A stretch of 64,000 nt of DNA from Candidatus Marinacidobacterium sp. (GCA_965204755.1 OZ242011.1:1568001-1632000); one strand, 5' to 3'. Counted from the first letter of the stretch, positions 1 through 9,479 are shown. The notes: generated by a model not told the origin, from the letters alone. Numbers and translations are program-made.

Positions 1-1
1 G

Positions 2-361
2 CTGCTGGCCGAAGCCTGCGTCGAAGCGGCCCGCGCCCGCCTCACGATCCTCGCCCCCCGCCGCTCCGGCGAAACCCCACTCGCCCCGGGCGCGCTCGCC
101 GGGATCCCGGGGATCATCGCCGTGGAGGCCGATCCCGCTATCCCCCGCCGCGAAGTCGCCCGCCGCGGCCCCGCGCTCGCCGCCTCCCCCTGGGCCCGCC
201 CCCTGCCGCCCCTCCCGAAGGAGAACAACTTCTCCGGCGTCAGCCTCGCCGTCGCCGCCGTCACCAACTACGCCGCCCGCCTCACGCTGGCCGAAGGAAC
301 GAACCACCCCGGAAGCCTCGACCTTCTCCCCGAAACGCCCGCCTTCCTCCCGAAACCCTGA
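2..361 (+). CDS. Subtilase (S8)-like serine peptidase, C-terminal part (runs off window start)
   Basis: Open frame from base 2: ...LAPGALAGIPGIIAVEAD...PLPPLPKENNFSGVSLAVAAVT. SGVSLAV resembles the subtilase catalytic-Ser motif SGTSxAxxxV. Confidence 0.55.
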   Translation: MLAEACVEAARARLTILAPRRSGETPLAPGALAGIPGIIAVEADPAIPRREVARRGPALAASPWARPLPPLPKENNFSGVSLAVAAVTNYAARLTLAEGTNHPGSLDLLPETPAFLPKP

Positions 362-535
362 GCGCCGGCGCCCCTCCTGCCGGATGAGGGGGAACACGCG
401 GTGGAGATCCCATGACCCGGGCACGAGCGTCGCGCGGTGCTCATCCAGGCGAACCGGCTCCATCCATGTTGAAGGCCCGCATCACCCGAGACTGTCGCGC
501 CACCACCCGCCCCGCGCCCGGCCGCCCGCCCCGGT

Positions 536-2134
536 CTACATCCCCCAGATGGTGATCGGGAAGCCGTCCCGCTCCGCCTCCCGCCGGTAGATCTTCTCCG
601 CCCAAGACCGCTCTTCGCTTCGGTCGAAAATCACCAAGTGGCCCGCCTTCGCGCCGCTCCGGTCCATGTAAGCCGCCGTCTGTTCCAAACCCTCCCGCTC
701 GGTCGTCTCCCGGCCCCGGCGCAGCACCTTGCACTCCACCACGAACCGGTCCCGGCGCCCTTCGCCCCGCGGCCACTCCAGCAGCAGGTCGGCCCGATGC
801 CGTCCCAGCCCGTACTCCCGCTCCACCCGCCCCCCGCCGTTCACGATCCGCTGGCAGAACGCCTGCAGCAGCAGGTGCGGGCCGGCTTCCGCGTAGTCGA
901 AGCGCCCTGCCCAGTGCTCCGAGTTCTGCCGGAAGTAGTCCCGGAACCGCGACAGCAACTCCTCCACATCCAGAGCGCCGTCCTCCGTCACGAACCAGTA
1001 TGTCTCCTGCGTGAGTTTCGACTGCACCTTACGCGTCAACTCGCGCGGAACGACCTCGCGGTAGATGGGATTCGCCATCCGCACCGGGTCGTCGCGGGCG
1101 ATCAGGCCGAGGTCCCGCACATAGTCCGTGTCCTCGGCGGTGGCGTCGTCCACGCTCGCCCCGATGAGCAGCGGCTCGATGACCCGGCGCACGCGGTCCT
1201 CCTGCAACTTCGCGGCGAGTTGGTCGATATGCGTGTCGCGCCGGAGGATCAGCGCTTCGCGGGCCGCGAGGATGCTCTCCGCCGTGATGGGCCGGCTCCG
1301 GTCGCGGCCGGCCTCGTTCTCGAAGCACGCCTCGTTGGCGAGCGCGTTCACCAGCCACGGTTGCCCTTGCGTCTGCTCCCGGACCGTATCCAACGCCCCC
1401 GGCTCGAACTCCTGCCCGGTCTCCTCCGTGTGCTGGGCGTACAGGGCGCGGATCTCCGCATCGCCGAAGTCCCCGAGGCGCAGCGACTTCGCCTTGATGT
1501 TGAACGCGCTTCCCCCGCCGGTCTTCTTCTTGCCGGGGTCGAACTGCATCCGGTAGTCGCGCACATCCCGCACGCCGCACAGGACTACGCTCTGCGGAAA
1601 GGCCCCGCTGCGATTGGAGAAGCCGGAACGGATGGAGTAGCCGGAACGGAGTTGGCGCAACAGCGAAATCAGACTGTCGCCGACGAGCGTGTCCACTTCG
1701 TCCAGGAGCAACACCAGCGGCTTCGGGGACGCCAGCGACCAGCGCGTCAACGCCTCGGCGAAGGCGCTGCCGGGCCCGACTTCGGCCAGGACTTCCGGCC
1801 AGATGCGATGGAACTCGCCGCCGCCTCCGGGCCGCTCCCCGCGAGCCACCGCGACCAGCACGGCGCGGATGGCCCCTTCCAGGTCCTCGCGCATTGCCTC
1901 CGCCTCCTCGAGGTTCGCGTACACGCACCGCAACGGCCCGGCCGCTCCTTCGTTCAACCGGTCGCACAGCGCCAGCAGCGTCGTGGTCTTCCCGGTTTGC
2001 CGCGGTGCGTGGAGGACGAAGTACTTCTTCAGCCGGACGAGCCTCAGAAGGTCATCGAGGTCCACCCGCTCGAGCGGCGGGACGAGGTAGTGCTCCTCGG
2101 GAAACACCGGCCCCGAAGTGTTGAAGTGACGCAT
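536..2134 (-). CDS. AAA+ ATPase with C-terminal PD-(D/E)xK-like domain
   Basis: Walker A HAPRQTGKTT, Walker B LLLDEVD, C-terminal REYGLGRHRADLL...FVVECK. Confidence 0.85.
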   Translation of the reverse strand: MRHFNTSGPVFPEEHYLVPPLERVDLDDLLRLVRLKKYFVLHAPRQTGKTTTLLALCDRLNEGAAGPLRCVYANLEEAEAMREDLEGAIRAVLVAVARGERPGGGGEFHRIWPEVLAEVGPGSAFAEALTRWSLASPKPLVLLLDEVDTLVGDSLISLLRQLRSGYSIRSGFSNRSGAFPQSVVLCGVRDVRDYRMQFDPGKKKTGGGSAFNIKAKSLRLGDFGDAEIRALYAQHTEETGQEFEPGALDTVREQTQGQPWLVNALANEACFENEAGRDRSRPITAESILAAREALILRRDTHIDQLAAKLQEDRVRRVIEPLLIGASVDDATAEDTDYVRDLGLIARDDPVRMANPIYREVVPRELTRKVQSKLTQETYWFVTEDGALDVEELLSRFRDYFRQNSEHWAGRFDYAEAGPHLLLQAFCQRIVNGGGRVEREYGLGRHRADLLLEWPRGEGRRDRFVVECKVLRRGRETTEREGLEQTAAYMDRSGAKAGHLVIFDRSEERSWAEKIYRREAERDGFPITIWGM

Positions 2135-2164
2135 CGCCCGCGATTATCGCGCCCCACTCTGCTC

Positions 2165-2283
2165 CGCGCCCGGCGGCCCGCCCCGGCCGGCATCGCCCCG
2201 ATGATGATCGGGAAGTCGTCCCGCTCCGCCTCCCGCCGGGAGATCCTCTCCTCCCACGATTGTCCCCGCTCCGGTCGAAGATC
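2165..2283 (-). repeat. Diverged direct-repeat copy of the 3' end plus downstream flank of the ATPase gene (matches 513-632)
   Basis: cgcgcccggcggcccgccccggccggcatcgccccgatgatgatcgggaagtcgtcccgctccgcctcccgccgg aligns with cgcgcccggccgcccgccccggtctacatcccccagatggtgatcgggaagccgtcccgctccgcctcccgccgg. Confidence 0.85.
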
Positions 2284-2313
2284 GACAGCGCCCCGACGCC
2301 GCCCCCGACGGTC

Positions 2314-3579
2314 TCACGCCGTCACCCGCGCCGCGGTGGCGCGTTCCCGCTCGCCGTGCTCGAACGCGGAGGCCAGGCGATCCTGCTCCCCGCGGGACAA
2401 GCCGAAACGCACCGCCTCCTCGCGCCAGCCGCCCGCCGCCGACGCGGCCTCGGCCGCGACCTCCCGGGCGCGGCGGGGGCCGAGCCCGTAGTAAGCCGCC
2501 GTCCCGAAGGCGAGTTCCAACGAGGCGCGAGCATCGTCGCCGACGATCGCGGTCGTCAGGAATCGCCCGCCCTCCTCGGCCGGCGTCGGGTTCAGGTCGT
2601 AGGCCGGGGAGAGCCGCCAGCCGCCCGGCGCGCGAAGGAACCCGTGGTTGCGGAGGTGGTCGTCGTGATTCGAGATCAACACCGTGAAGACGATGCGCCG
2701 CCAGAGTTCCGCCAAATCGGCCGCGGGCTCTGCCCCGTACCGGCGGACCGCCTCCGCGATTTCGGTGTACGCCCGCCGGTCGTGCTCGACGGCCCCGAGC
2801 ATGGTCATCGCCGAGAGGAAGGGGATGCGCCGGCCGGAGTCGCGGTCGAACCTGCGGAGGACGAGGACGGCGCGGCCGTCCGCCCGCTCGACGCGGAAGC
2901 GAGTCGCACGGATTCCCGCCCGCTCCGCCAGCGAGAGCGCCACCGCTTCCCACCGCGTGACCTCCCACTCGTCCGCCGCCCGCGGAAACTTGGCCATGGC
3001 GAGGCCGCCGTCCGGTTCCCGAACCGACGCCTTCGGCCGCGCGCCGCCCAACGACGAACCCGGAGCCAGCAGGACCGCCAAGTCGCTCCCGCCGTCGTCG
3101 TCGCCGGACTCCACGCGCTCGGCGGCCCCCAGCAGCCGGGGCAACTCGACGAGCGGCGGGATCCTCGAAGGGCCCGGCGGCGCGAGGAACGGCCCGTCCG
3201 GCCCCTCCGTGAACCGGACGGCGCCCTGCCGCGTCTCGTCGTCGCACCCGAGCAGGTAGTCCGCCTCCGTGAGCCGCCGCGGCGTCCCTCCCGCGAGCGC
3301 GGCCCGAAGCGCTTCCGCTCGCTGCAGCAGTCGCCGACCCCACCGATCCGGGGCGGCGTCGGAGAAGACTCCGAAGACCTCCTGCTCCTGCCCCGTGTGG
3401 AACGCCGCGCGACGCAGATCGAGAGCCGGTTCGATCGCGAATCTCCCGGAATGGGCGAGCCAGTCGGGTTCGTAGAGGAAGGAAGCGCTCTCCCGCCGCC
3501 GTCGGGTGCGAAGCCACAGTTGGCCCACGGCCCCGCGGAAGCCCCCGTAGTCCAAGTGGACGAAGACCCGCCGATCCAT
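2314..3579 (-). CDS. hipA: HipA-family kinase toxin
   Basis: DAAPDRWGR, SSLGGARPKAS, AKFP, ISNHDDHLRNHGFL and LSPAYDLNP motifs. Alternative GTG start at 3594. Confidence 0.92.
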   Translation of the reverse strand: MDRRVFVHLDYGGFRGAVGQLWLRTRRRRESASFLYEPDWLAHSGRFAIEPALDLRRAAFHTGQEQEVFGVFSDAAPDRWGRRLLQRAEALRAALAGGTPRRLTEADYLLGCDDETRQGAVRFTEGPDGPFLAPPGPSRIPPLVELPRLLGAAERVESGDDDGGSDLAVLLAPGSSLGGARPKASVREPDGGLAMAKFPRAADEWEVTRWEAVALSLAERAGIRATRFRVERADGRAVLVLRRFDRDSGRRIPFLSAMTMLGAVEHDRRAYTEIAEAVRRYGAEPAADLAELWRRIVFTVLISNHDDHLRNHGFLRAPGGWRLSPAYDLNPTPAEEGGRFLTTAIVGDDARASLELAFGTAAYYGLGPRRAREVAAEAASAAGGWREEAVRFGLSRGEQDRLASAFEHGERERATAARVTA

Positions 3580-3611
3580 CGGGGCCCCGTCCACTCGAAG
3601 AACCCGACCGG

Positions 3612-3932
3612 TCAGAACAGCCGCTTCGGGGAATGGATGCGCCGGGGAAGACGCTCCGCCTCCAGGTCGAGCCCCACTCCATCGTGCCCCGGGTCGGCCA
3701 GGGCCGAGAGCCCGCGTTCGAGTCCCAGGACGAAGAGGACCCGCGCATAGTTGCCGAGCGAGACGCCCGGATCTCCGCGCTCGATCCGGTAGAGCGTCGT
3801 CCGGCTCAACATCGCCCGCTGGGCCATGAGCGCGGTGGGGATACGCCGCCGACGCCGGGCGTCCCGGAGGTCGGCGCCCAGCGTCCGAAGGATCGAGACG
3901 ACCGGCAGGGGAAGAGTCCCGGTCGAATCCAT
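3612..3932 (-). CDS. XRE/HipB-like HTH antitoxin
   Basis: 106 aa, LGADLRDARRRRRIPTALMAQRAMLSRTTLYRIERGDPGVS; directly upstream of hipA. Confidence 0.88.
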   Translation of the reverse strand: MDSTGTLPLPVVSILRTLGADLRDARRRRRIPTALMAQRAMLSRTTLYRIERGDPGVSLGNYARVLFVLGLERGLSALADPGHDGVGLDLEAERLPRRIHSPKRLF

Positions 3933-3995
3933 TATTGTCCGGAATATACTACTTTCTCTATTATTTCGTTCTATATTCAGAACACTATTTCTTCT
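3933..3995 (-). promoter_or_regulatory. AT-rich hipBA promoter/operator
   Basis: Sharp AT-rich patch in GC-rich DNA; inverted repeat GTTCT-ATATTC-AGAAC; TATATT -10-like hexamer on the minus strand. Confidence 0.5.
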
Positions 3996-4224
3996 TCGCG
4001 ATCGCGAGGATCGCCGCCGGTGGAAGGGCGGCGCCCCGGGCCGAGTCGGTTCCCGCCCCCGCCTCTCACCCCGTTCGCGCCGACGGATCGCGCCGCCGTA
4101 ATCCGCCTCTCTCCCCGCCGAGAAAACAGCGGGTGTCCGGCCCCGACGGCGCGCCTCCTTGGTGCGCCCCACGATTTCCGTGGACAATCTTTTGGGGCGC
4201 GGAGCGCCCGGAAAGGAGCGTGCG

Positions 4225-4551
4225 ATGAGCACCCGGAAACAGGATCGAGGGCGGTTCTCCTCGAAGCGGAAGATGGAGGCGGTGGTCCGGCTTCTGGGCG
4301 GGGAGGACTTGGACCTTCTCTCCCGGGAGTTGGGGGTCACGGCCGGGAAGCTCTCGGAGTGGCGGGACGCCTTCCTGGCGAGCGGGCAGGCCGGGCTGAA
4401 GAGCCGTCCGGGGGACGGCCGGGACGAGGAGATCCGGGCGTTGAAGGCGATGGTGGGCGACCTGACCATGCGGTTGGAGTTGTCGCAGGAGGCGGTTCGG
4501 CGGATGAAGGGGTATGCGCCCCCTTTTGTGCCGAGGAGGCCGACGCGATGA
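4225..4551 (+). CDS. IS3-family transposase OrfA (HTH)
   Basis: RFSSKRKMEAVVRLLGGEDLDLLSRELGVT; SD aaggag upstream; slippery C-CCT-TTT at 4521-4527. Confidence 0.88.
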   Translation: MSTRKQDRGRFSSKRKMEAVVRLLGGEDLDLLSRELGVTAGKLSEWRDAFLASGQAGLKSRPGDGRDEEIRALKAMVGDLTMRLELSQEAVRRMKGYAPPFVPRRPTR

Positions 4552-5441
4552 GCCACGCGTGTTCGGTCTCCACCCGGCGTCCCTACGGCGTGGCTCGGGT
4601 GTGCGGGGAGTGGCAGGTCGCCCGTTCCTCGTTCTACCTGGACCGGCGGCGGAAGTCGTCGGCTCCGGCGGAGCCGCCCCGGCGGCGGGGGCCGAAGACC
4701 CGGTTCACCGACGCGCAGTTGACCGAGCGGATCCGGGAGGAGATCGCCTCGTCGCCGTTCTCGGGGGAGGGGCACCGGAAGGTGTGGGCGCGGCTGCGGG
4801 CGCGGGAGGTGCGGGCCGGCAAGCCCCGGGTGCTGCGCCTGATGCGGGAGGCGGGCCTGCTGGCGCCGCAACGCGGCGGCGGCCCCCGCGGCCCCCGCCA
4901 CCACACCGGAACCATCCGCACCGAGGCGCCGGATGTGATGTGGGGCACCGACGCCACCTCCACCGCCACCCTCCGGGACGGCCAGGTGACGGTCTTCGTC
5001 GCGGTGGACCACTGCACCAGCGAACTGGTCGGGATCCATGCCTCCCGCCGCGCTACCCGCTTCGAGGCCCTGGAACCCATCCTCCAGGGCGTCCGCGCCC
5101 GCTTCGGCGGAGTCCGCGACCGCGCCGCCGCCGGTCTCGCCATCCGCCACGACCACGGCTCCCAGTACATGAGCCGCGACTTCCAGAACGAGATCGCCTT
5201 CCTCGGCGCCGAGTCCAGCCCCTCCTTCGTCCGCGCCCCCGAAGGCAACGGCATCGCCGAGCGCTTCATCCGAACCCTCAAGGAGCAGGTCCTCTGGGTC
5301 CGGGACTTCGACTCCGCCGAAGACCTCCGCCTCGCCCTCCTCGAATGGCGCGACCTCTACAACCGGGAGTGGCTCGTTCAGCGCCACGGCCATCGAACCC
5401 CTTCCCAGGTGCGCCGCGACACCCTCGCCGAGGCCGCCTGA
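4548..5441 (+). CDS. IS3-family transposase OrfB (DDE/rve)
   Basis: WGTDAT, RHDHGSQY, GNGIAERFIRTLKE; lies in the -1 frame relative to OrfA with an ATGA overlap. Confidence 0.92.
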   Translation: MSHACSVSTRRPYGVARVCGEWQVARSSFYLDRRRKSSAPAEPPRRRGPKTRFTDAQLTERIREEIASSPFSGEGHRKVWARLRAREVRAGKPRVLRLMREAGLLAPQRGGGPRGPRHHTGTIRTEAPDVMWGTDATSTATLRDGQVTVFVAVDHCTSELVGIHASRRATRFEALEPILQGVRARFGGVRDRAAAGLAIRHDHGSQYMSRDFQNEIAFLGAESSPSFVRAPEGNGIAERFIRTLKEQVLWVRDFDSAEDLRLALLEWRDLYNREWLVQRHGHRTPSQVRRDTLAEAA

Positions 5442-5695
5442 TTACCCCTTATTCAATGTCCAAGAATCAAGGGGCAGTCCACTCCTTCCCCGGCCCCCGA
5501 CCCATACACTCCCGACCGGCTGACGGCCCTCCCTCGCCGGACGCTCGGTCCGCACCCGTCCTGAAGACGACCACCCGTTCCCCGGTGCGCCACCTCCATC
5601 CACCGCTCCACCACCCCGCCCGACCCTCAGCAGCGGCGCGAGTCGCCGCCGGCGGCCGACGCGCGCTACCCGACTCCGTCCGCCCCAATCCGCGA

Positions 5696-6796
5696 ATGCG
5701 GAACCGCCGGGCCGTTCCCGCTGCCACCGTCCTCCTCGCGCTCGCCGTCCCGGCCGGCGGCTACAAGTTCTATGGCGAGAATGTCTATTCCTTCACCTCG
5801 GGGCCGGCCGCGCGTTGGGCGCCGAACGACCTGCCGCTCCACTTCCGGCTGCTCGAGAACGAGCGCCTGCCCGAGGAACACTTGAGCGCCGCCGAGTGGC
5901 GCGAACTCGTCACCCGGGCCGTCGCCCACTGGACGAACATCCCCACTTCCACCATCGTGGCCATCCTCGACGAGGAACCCCTTGCTGCCGACCTCGCTGA
6001 CGCCGACGACGGCCTGAACACCATCGGCTTCACCGGCGACGAGTACTGGGAAGATTCCTACTACGCCGGGAGCGCTTTCGCCCGCCGGGAAGGCCGCCGG
6101 ATCGTCGGCTGCGATGTCCGGATCAGTCCCTGGATCTTCGACCGGTTCGACGAGCGGGCGATGGACAACCCCCAAAAGGAGATGGAGCGTCTCGGGTGGC
6201 TGGAGATGGTCGTCGCGCACGAAATCGGCCACTGCCTCGGCCTCGCGCACTCCGACTTGAACTCCACTTGGGAGGCGCGCCCGGGAACACCCGCCGCCAA
6301 CCGGGAAGGCTTCTACCCGGAAGGCGCAGCCGCGCTCCACGCCGATCCGATCATGTCCTACGGCGGCTGGCACGGCCTGCTGGGACTGACGCCGGACGAC
6401 ATCACCGGGATCTCCCTGCTGTACCCCACCCGGGAATTCACCGAATCCACTGGCGCCATCGGCGGCCGCTTGGTCTTCGCAGACGGCCGCGGCGTGCCGC
6501 ACGCCTATGTCCAGGTCATCTTCGCCGGATCGTTCGCCGGGCCCCACTTCGGCCCCGGTGTGTTGACCGACGCCTACGGCCAGTTCCTCGTCGAGGGCCT
6601 GCCTCCCGGCCGCCATCTGTTCTGGGCCCATCCTATCGGCGACCTGCTTTCCCAACTCCGCGCCTCCCGATGGGAATCGTCCGACCTGCTGGAAGCGCTC
6701 GAAGTCCGAGACCGCTGGTTCTGGGCGGAAGTCCGTGTCGGCCGGATCGACATCCTGCCGCCGTTGACCGTCTCGACGGGGAGGACTCCGTCGTGA
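5696..6796 (+). CDS. Secreted matrixin (M10-like metzincin) with C-terminal carboxypeptidase-regulatory-like domain
   Basis: Signal peptide, HEIGHCLGLAHS zinc motif, Met-turn PIMSY, then TDAYGQFLVEGLPPG. Confidence 0.85.
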   Translation: MRNRRAVPAATVLLALAVPAGGYKFYGENVYSFTSGPAARWAPNDLPLHFRLLENERLPEEHLSAAEWRELVTRAVAHWTNIPTSTIVAILDEEPLAADLADADDGLNTIGFTGDEYWEDSYYAGSAFARREGRRIVGCDVRISPWIFDRFDERAMDNPQKEMERLGWLEMVVAHEIGHCLGLAHSDLNSTWEARPGTPAANREGFYPEGAAALHADPIMSYGGWHGLLGLTPDDITGISLLYPTREFTESTGAIGGRLVFADGRGVPHAYVQVIFAGSFAGPHFGPGVLTDAYGQFLVEGLPPGRHLFWAHPIGDLLSQLRASRWESSDLLEALEVRDRWFWAEVRVGRIDILPPLTVSTGRTPS

Positions 6797-7731
6797 CTCC
6801 CCGGACCCTCCACGCTCTCGCAGTCCCCGCCGGTACCGTCGCGCTCGCTGCCGCGGTCGGCTGCTCGAGCGCCGGAGGCGGCGCCGTTCCCGCTCCGCCG
6901 ACTCCGATGCCGGCGCCGACGCCATCCGCGCCCCCGGAACCGCCGGAAGAAGATCGACCGCTTCCCTTCGTGTGGGCCGGCGCGTTCTTCCTGCCCAACC
7001 GCACTCTGGAAGTCTCGGAGGGACAGACCGTCGCGCTCGAGATCCAGACCTTCTTCGGAAGGGATTTCACGGGTGGAGGCGAGCGTCCCGGAATCCCGAT
7101 CGGGATCGCCACCGACGCGCCGGAGGACCGGCTGTCCGTGCCCACGCAAGTGCGGGTCGGGGGCTACTACGAACCCGGAGTCGTCGAAATCACGGCGGGG
7201 AGTGCCGGCGGCGAAGTCTCCGACGAGTACCGGATCTGGCTGACCGAATCGACGGAACTGAACCTCGCGCCGGGTTTCGTGCTCGCGCTCGACCCCACTC
7301 CGATCCGCGTCCGGGTGCGGCGGGCGGAGACTCCCCCCGAACCCCGATGCATTCCCCCCGGTGTCGCCGTGGAACCGGACGCCTCACCCAAGGCCGGCGG
7401 CGCCATGGCAACGAGCGTCTTCGGCTACGACGGTCTCTCCTGGTGGTCGGGCGACTGGACCCTCCGTGTCCCGACCGGAGCGGCCGTCACTCTCGCTGCC
7501 CCCTACCGGAAACCTTTCGCCGCCGAACCGGAGGCCGCCCGTCTCGGAGAAGGGCTTCCCCCTCGTCCGGCGCTGCTCGCTTCGGCGTTCGGGATCGAGG
7601 AGACCGCCGCCGGCCTGGTGGAACAGACGATGCGCCTCGGCTGGTTCGCCGACCTCCGCCTCATCGTGGAGAGCCCCGGCTGTGAACCGGTCGAAGCCGC
7701 CTGCGTCGAGGGCCGCTGCTCCGTCCGTTGA
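6793..7731 (+). CDS. Lipoprotein of unknown function with Cys-rich C-terminus
   Basis: GTGA overlap with matrixin stop; lipobox AAAVGC; Pro-rich linker; ends PGCEPVEAACVEGRCSVR. Confidence 0.75.
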   Translation: MTPRTLHALAVPAGTVALAAAVGCSSAGGGAVPAPPTPMPAPTPSAPPEPPEEDRPLPFVWAGAFFLPNRTLEVSEGQTVALEIQTFFGRDFTGGGERPGIPIGIATDAPEDRLSVPTQVRVGGYYEPGVVEITAGSAGGEVSDEYRIWLTESTELNLAPGFVLALDPTPIRVRVRRAETPPEPRCIPPGVAVEPDASPKAGGAMATSVFGYDGLSWWSGDWTLRVPTGAAVTLAAPYRKPFAAEPEAARLGEGLPPRPALLASAFGIEETAAGLVEQTMRLGWFADLRLIVESPGCEPVEAACVEGRCSVR

Positions 7732-7925
7732 CCGCCGGCCGACGACGAACCTGAGCGCCGGGCAGCGTTACCGCGGCAGCGCGGCGCTTCGGCTTCGCGC
7801 CGGACTGTCGAGAGACACCAACTCTTACGCAGTTGGGAGACACCAAGTTTTGCGCACCCGGAGGCGGCCGAAGGCAGGCGGGCCGCGGGCGGAGGAGGGG
7901 AAGGCCGGTCGGGGCGGGGGAGCGA

Positions 7926-8049
7926 CAGGAACGGCGCCTCGCTGCCCGCCGCCTGGGACGGCGTTCGACCGCCACTGCCCCGCTTCCGGCTTCAGCGTAT
8001 GCGCCTCGTCCTGCAGTATCAGCAGCGGCTTGGCCTTCGCGCGGGCCTC
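7926..8049 (-). repeat. Inverted diverged copy of the Walker-B region of the downstream ATPase (8509-8632)
   Basis: Minus strand encodes ARAKAKPLLILQDEAHTLKPEAGQW versus ARAKAKPLLILLDEAHTLKPEVGQW in the gene. Confidence 0.88.
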
Positions 8050-8112
8050 AGTCGCGCTCCTCGCCGGGCCCGACCCCGCGGCGCGGCTCTCCGTCCCTAT
8101 ACTCGGCGGGTC

Positions 8113-9255
8113 ATGTCGGAAGCCGGCGTCCGCAATCCGTTCCGGCCCGGCCACGGGGGGGCGCCCCCGTATCTCGCCGGGCGGGAGCCGGAGCAGGCGC
8201 TGTTCCGCGAGGTATCGGACGACCTGCGGAGCGGCGTTCCTGTTTCCCGTTCGCTCGTCGTCTACGGGCCGCGCGGCAACGGGAAGACTGCCCTGCTCCG
8301 ATGGGTGAAGCGGCAGGCCGCCGTGGACGAGGGGCTGGACGCCCATTGGCTGGTCGGGTCGGACATTCCGGCGCCGGCCGACTTCGTGGCCCGCTTGGGG
8401 CTCGGTTCCTGGCTGCGGAAGATCGCGCCGGAGAGCGTTTCGATTGCCGGGGTGGGGGTTTCGCTGCGGCGGGGCGACGATCGGCCGTTGTTGCTCGCGG
8501 AGGCGCTGGAGGCGCGCGCGAAGGCCAAGCCGCTGCTGATCCTGCTGGACGAGGCGCATACGCTGAAGCCGGAGGTGGGGCAGTGGCTGCTGAACGCCGC
8601 GCAGGCGGCGGGCAGCGAAGCGCCTTTCCTGTTGGTTCTCGCCGGGACGCCCGACCTGCGGGCTCGGCTTTCCGAAATGGAAGCATCTTTCTGGAACCGG
8701 GCCAGGCAACTCCCGCTCGGCCGGTTGGACGAGGCCGCCGCCGGGGAGGCGATTCGCCGGCCGCTGGCCGACGACGGGATCTGCATCGAGGACGAGGCGC
8801 TGGCGCGCATCGTTCGGGAGAGCCACGGGTATCCGTTCTTCGTCCAGTTGTGGGGGCGGGCGGCGTGGGACCGGGTGCGCGGGGCCGGCGGCGGAGCGGG
8901 CCGGGTGACGATGGCCGTCGTGGAGGAAGCCGCCGGCGCGTTCGAGGTCGAACGAAACCGCTACTACCTCGACCGGTTCCGGGAACTGGAGGAGCGGGAC
9001 TTGCTCCCGGCGGCGCGAGCGGTAGCGGCGGCGTTTCCGGAGGAGGGCCTGTTGATCCACGCCGCCTTCCGCCGGGCTGTCGGACGAAGCGCCGGTGACG
9101 GCCCCGGTCGCTCCGAGGCGAAAGCGCTCGAGCACCTCGGTTTCGTCCGGCAGGCGGGAGGGACGCCGAGTTGGGAGCCGGGGATTCCCAGCCTGATGGA
9201 CTACATCCTGGAATACGCGCCGCCGCCGGGCGACGACGAAGCCTTCGGCGGATAG
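8113..9255 (+). CDS. AAA_16/STAND-like ATPase
   Basis: NPFRPGHGGAPPYLAGRE, Walker A YGPRGNGKT, Walker B LLDEAH, SHGYPFFVQLWG; TATACT 9 nt before the ATG. Confidence 0.85.
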   Translation: MSEAGVRNPFRPGHGGAPPYLAGREPEQALFREVSDDLRSGVPVSRSLVVYGPRGNGKTALLRWVKRQAAVDEGLDAHWLVGSDIPAPADFVARLGLGSWLRKIAPESVSIAGVGVSLRRGDDRPLLLAEALEARAKAKPLLILLDEAHTLKPEVGQWLLNAAQAAGSEAPFLLVLAGTPDLRARLSEMEASFWNRARQLPLGRLDEAAAGEAIRRPLADDGICIEDEALARIVRESHGYPFFVQLWGRAAWDRVRGAGGGAGRVTMAVVEEAAGAFEVERNRYYLDRFRELEERDLLPAARAVAAAFPEEGLLIHAAFRRAVGRSAGDGPGRSEAKALEHLGFVRQAGGTPSWEPGIPSLMDYILEYAPPPGDDEAFGG

Positions 9256-9342
9256 CCGCTCCCGCGGACTGCCGTTCGGCGTTTCCATACTTGGCGCGTG
9301 ATATCGGTTCGACCGAACTCACTCGCTCCGGCCCGGGACCGA

Positions 9343-9437
9343 GAAGCCGCCTGCGTCGAGGGCCGCTGCTCCGTCCGCTGACCGCCGGCCGACGACGAAC
9401 CCGAACGCCGTTCGGCGTTACCGGGAGGGCGCGGCGC
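9343..9437 (+). repeat. Direct-repeat copy of the lipoprotein 3' end plus flank (matches 7693-7787)
   Basis: gaagccgcctgcgtcgagggccgctgctccgtccg(c/t)tgaccgccggccgacgacgaacc is near-identical in both places. Confidence 0.9.
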
Positions 9438-9479
9438 AATGTAGGAGATCGAGACGCCGGCTTCGGGCTCCGGGATAGC

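Larger units (their letters stand above)
4160..5481 (+). mobile_element. IS3-family insertion sequence, apparently intact
   Basis: Ends TGgtgcgccccacgatttccgtggaca ... tgtccaagaatcaaggggcagtcCA are imperfect inverted repeats; 5-bp direct repeat CTCCT at 4155-4159 and 5482-5486. Confidence 0.92.

Noticed and set aside
513-2283. Repeat pair as a diversity-generating retroelement TR/VR
   Set aside because: Mismatches are not adenine-specific and there is no reverse transcriptase in the window.
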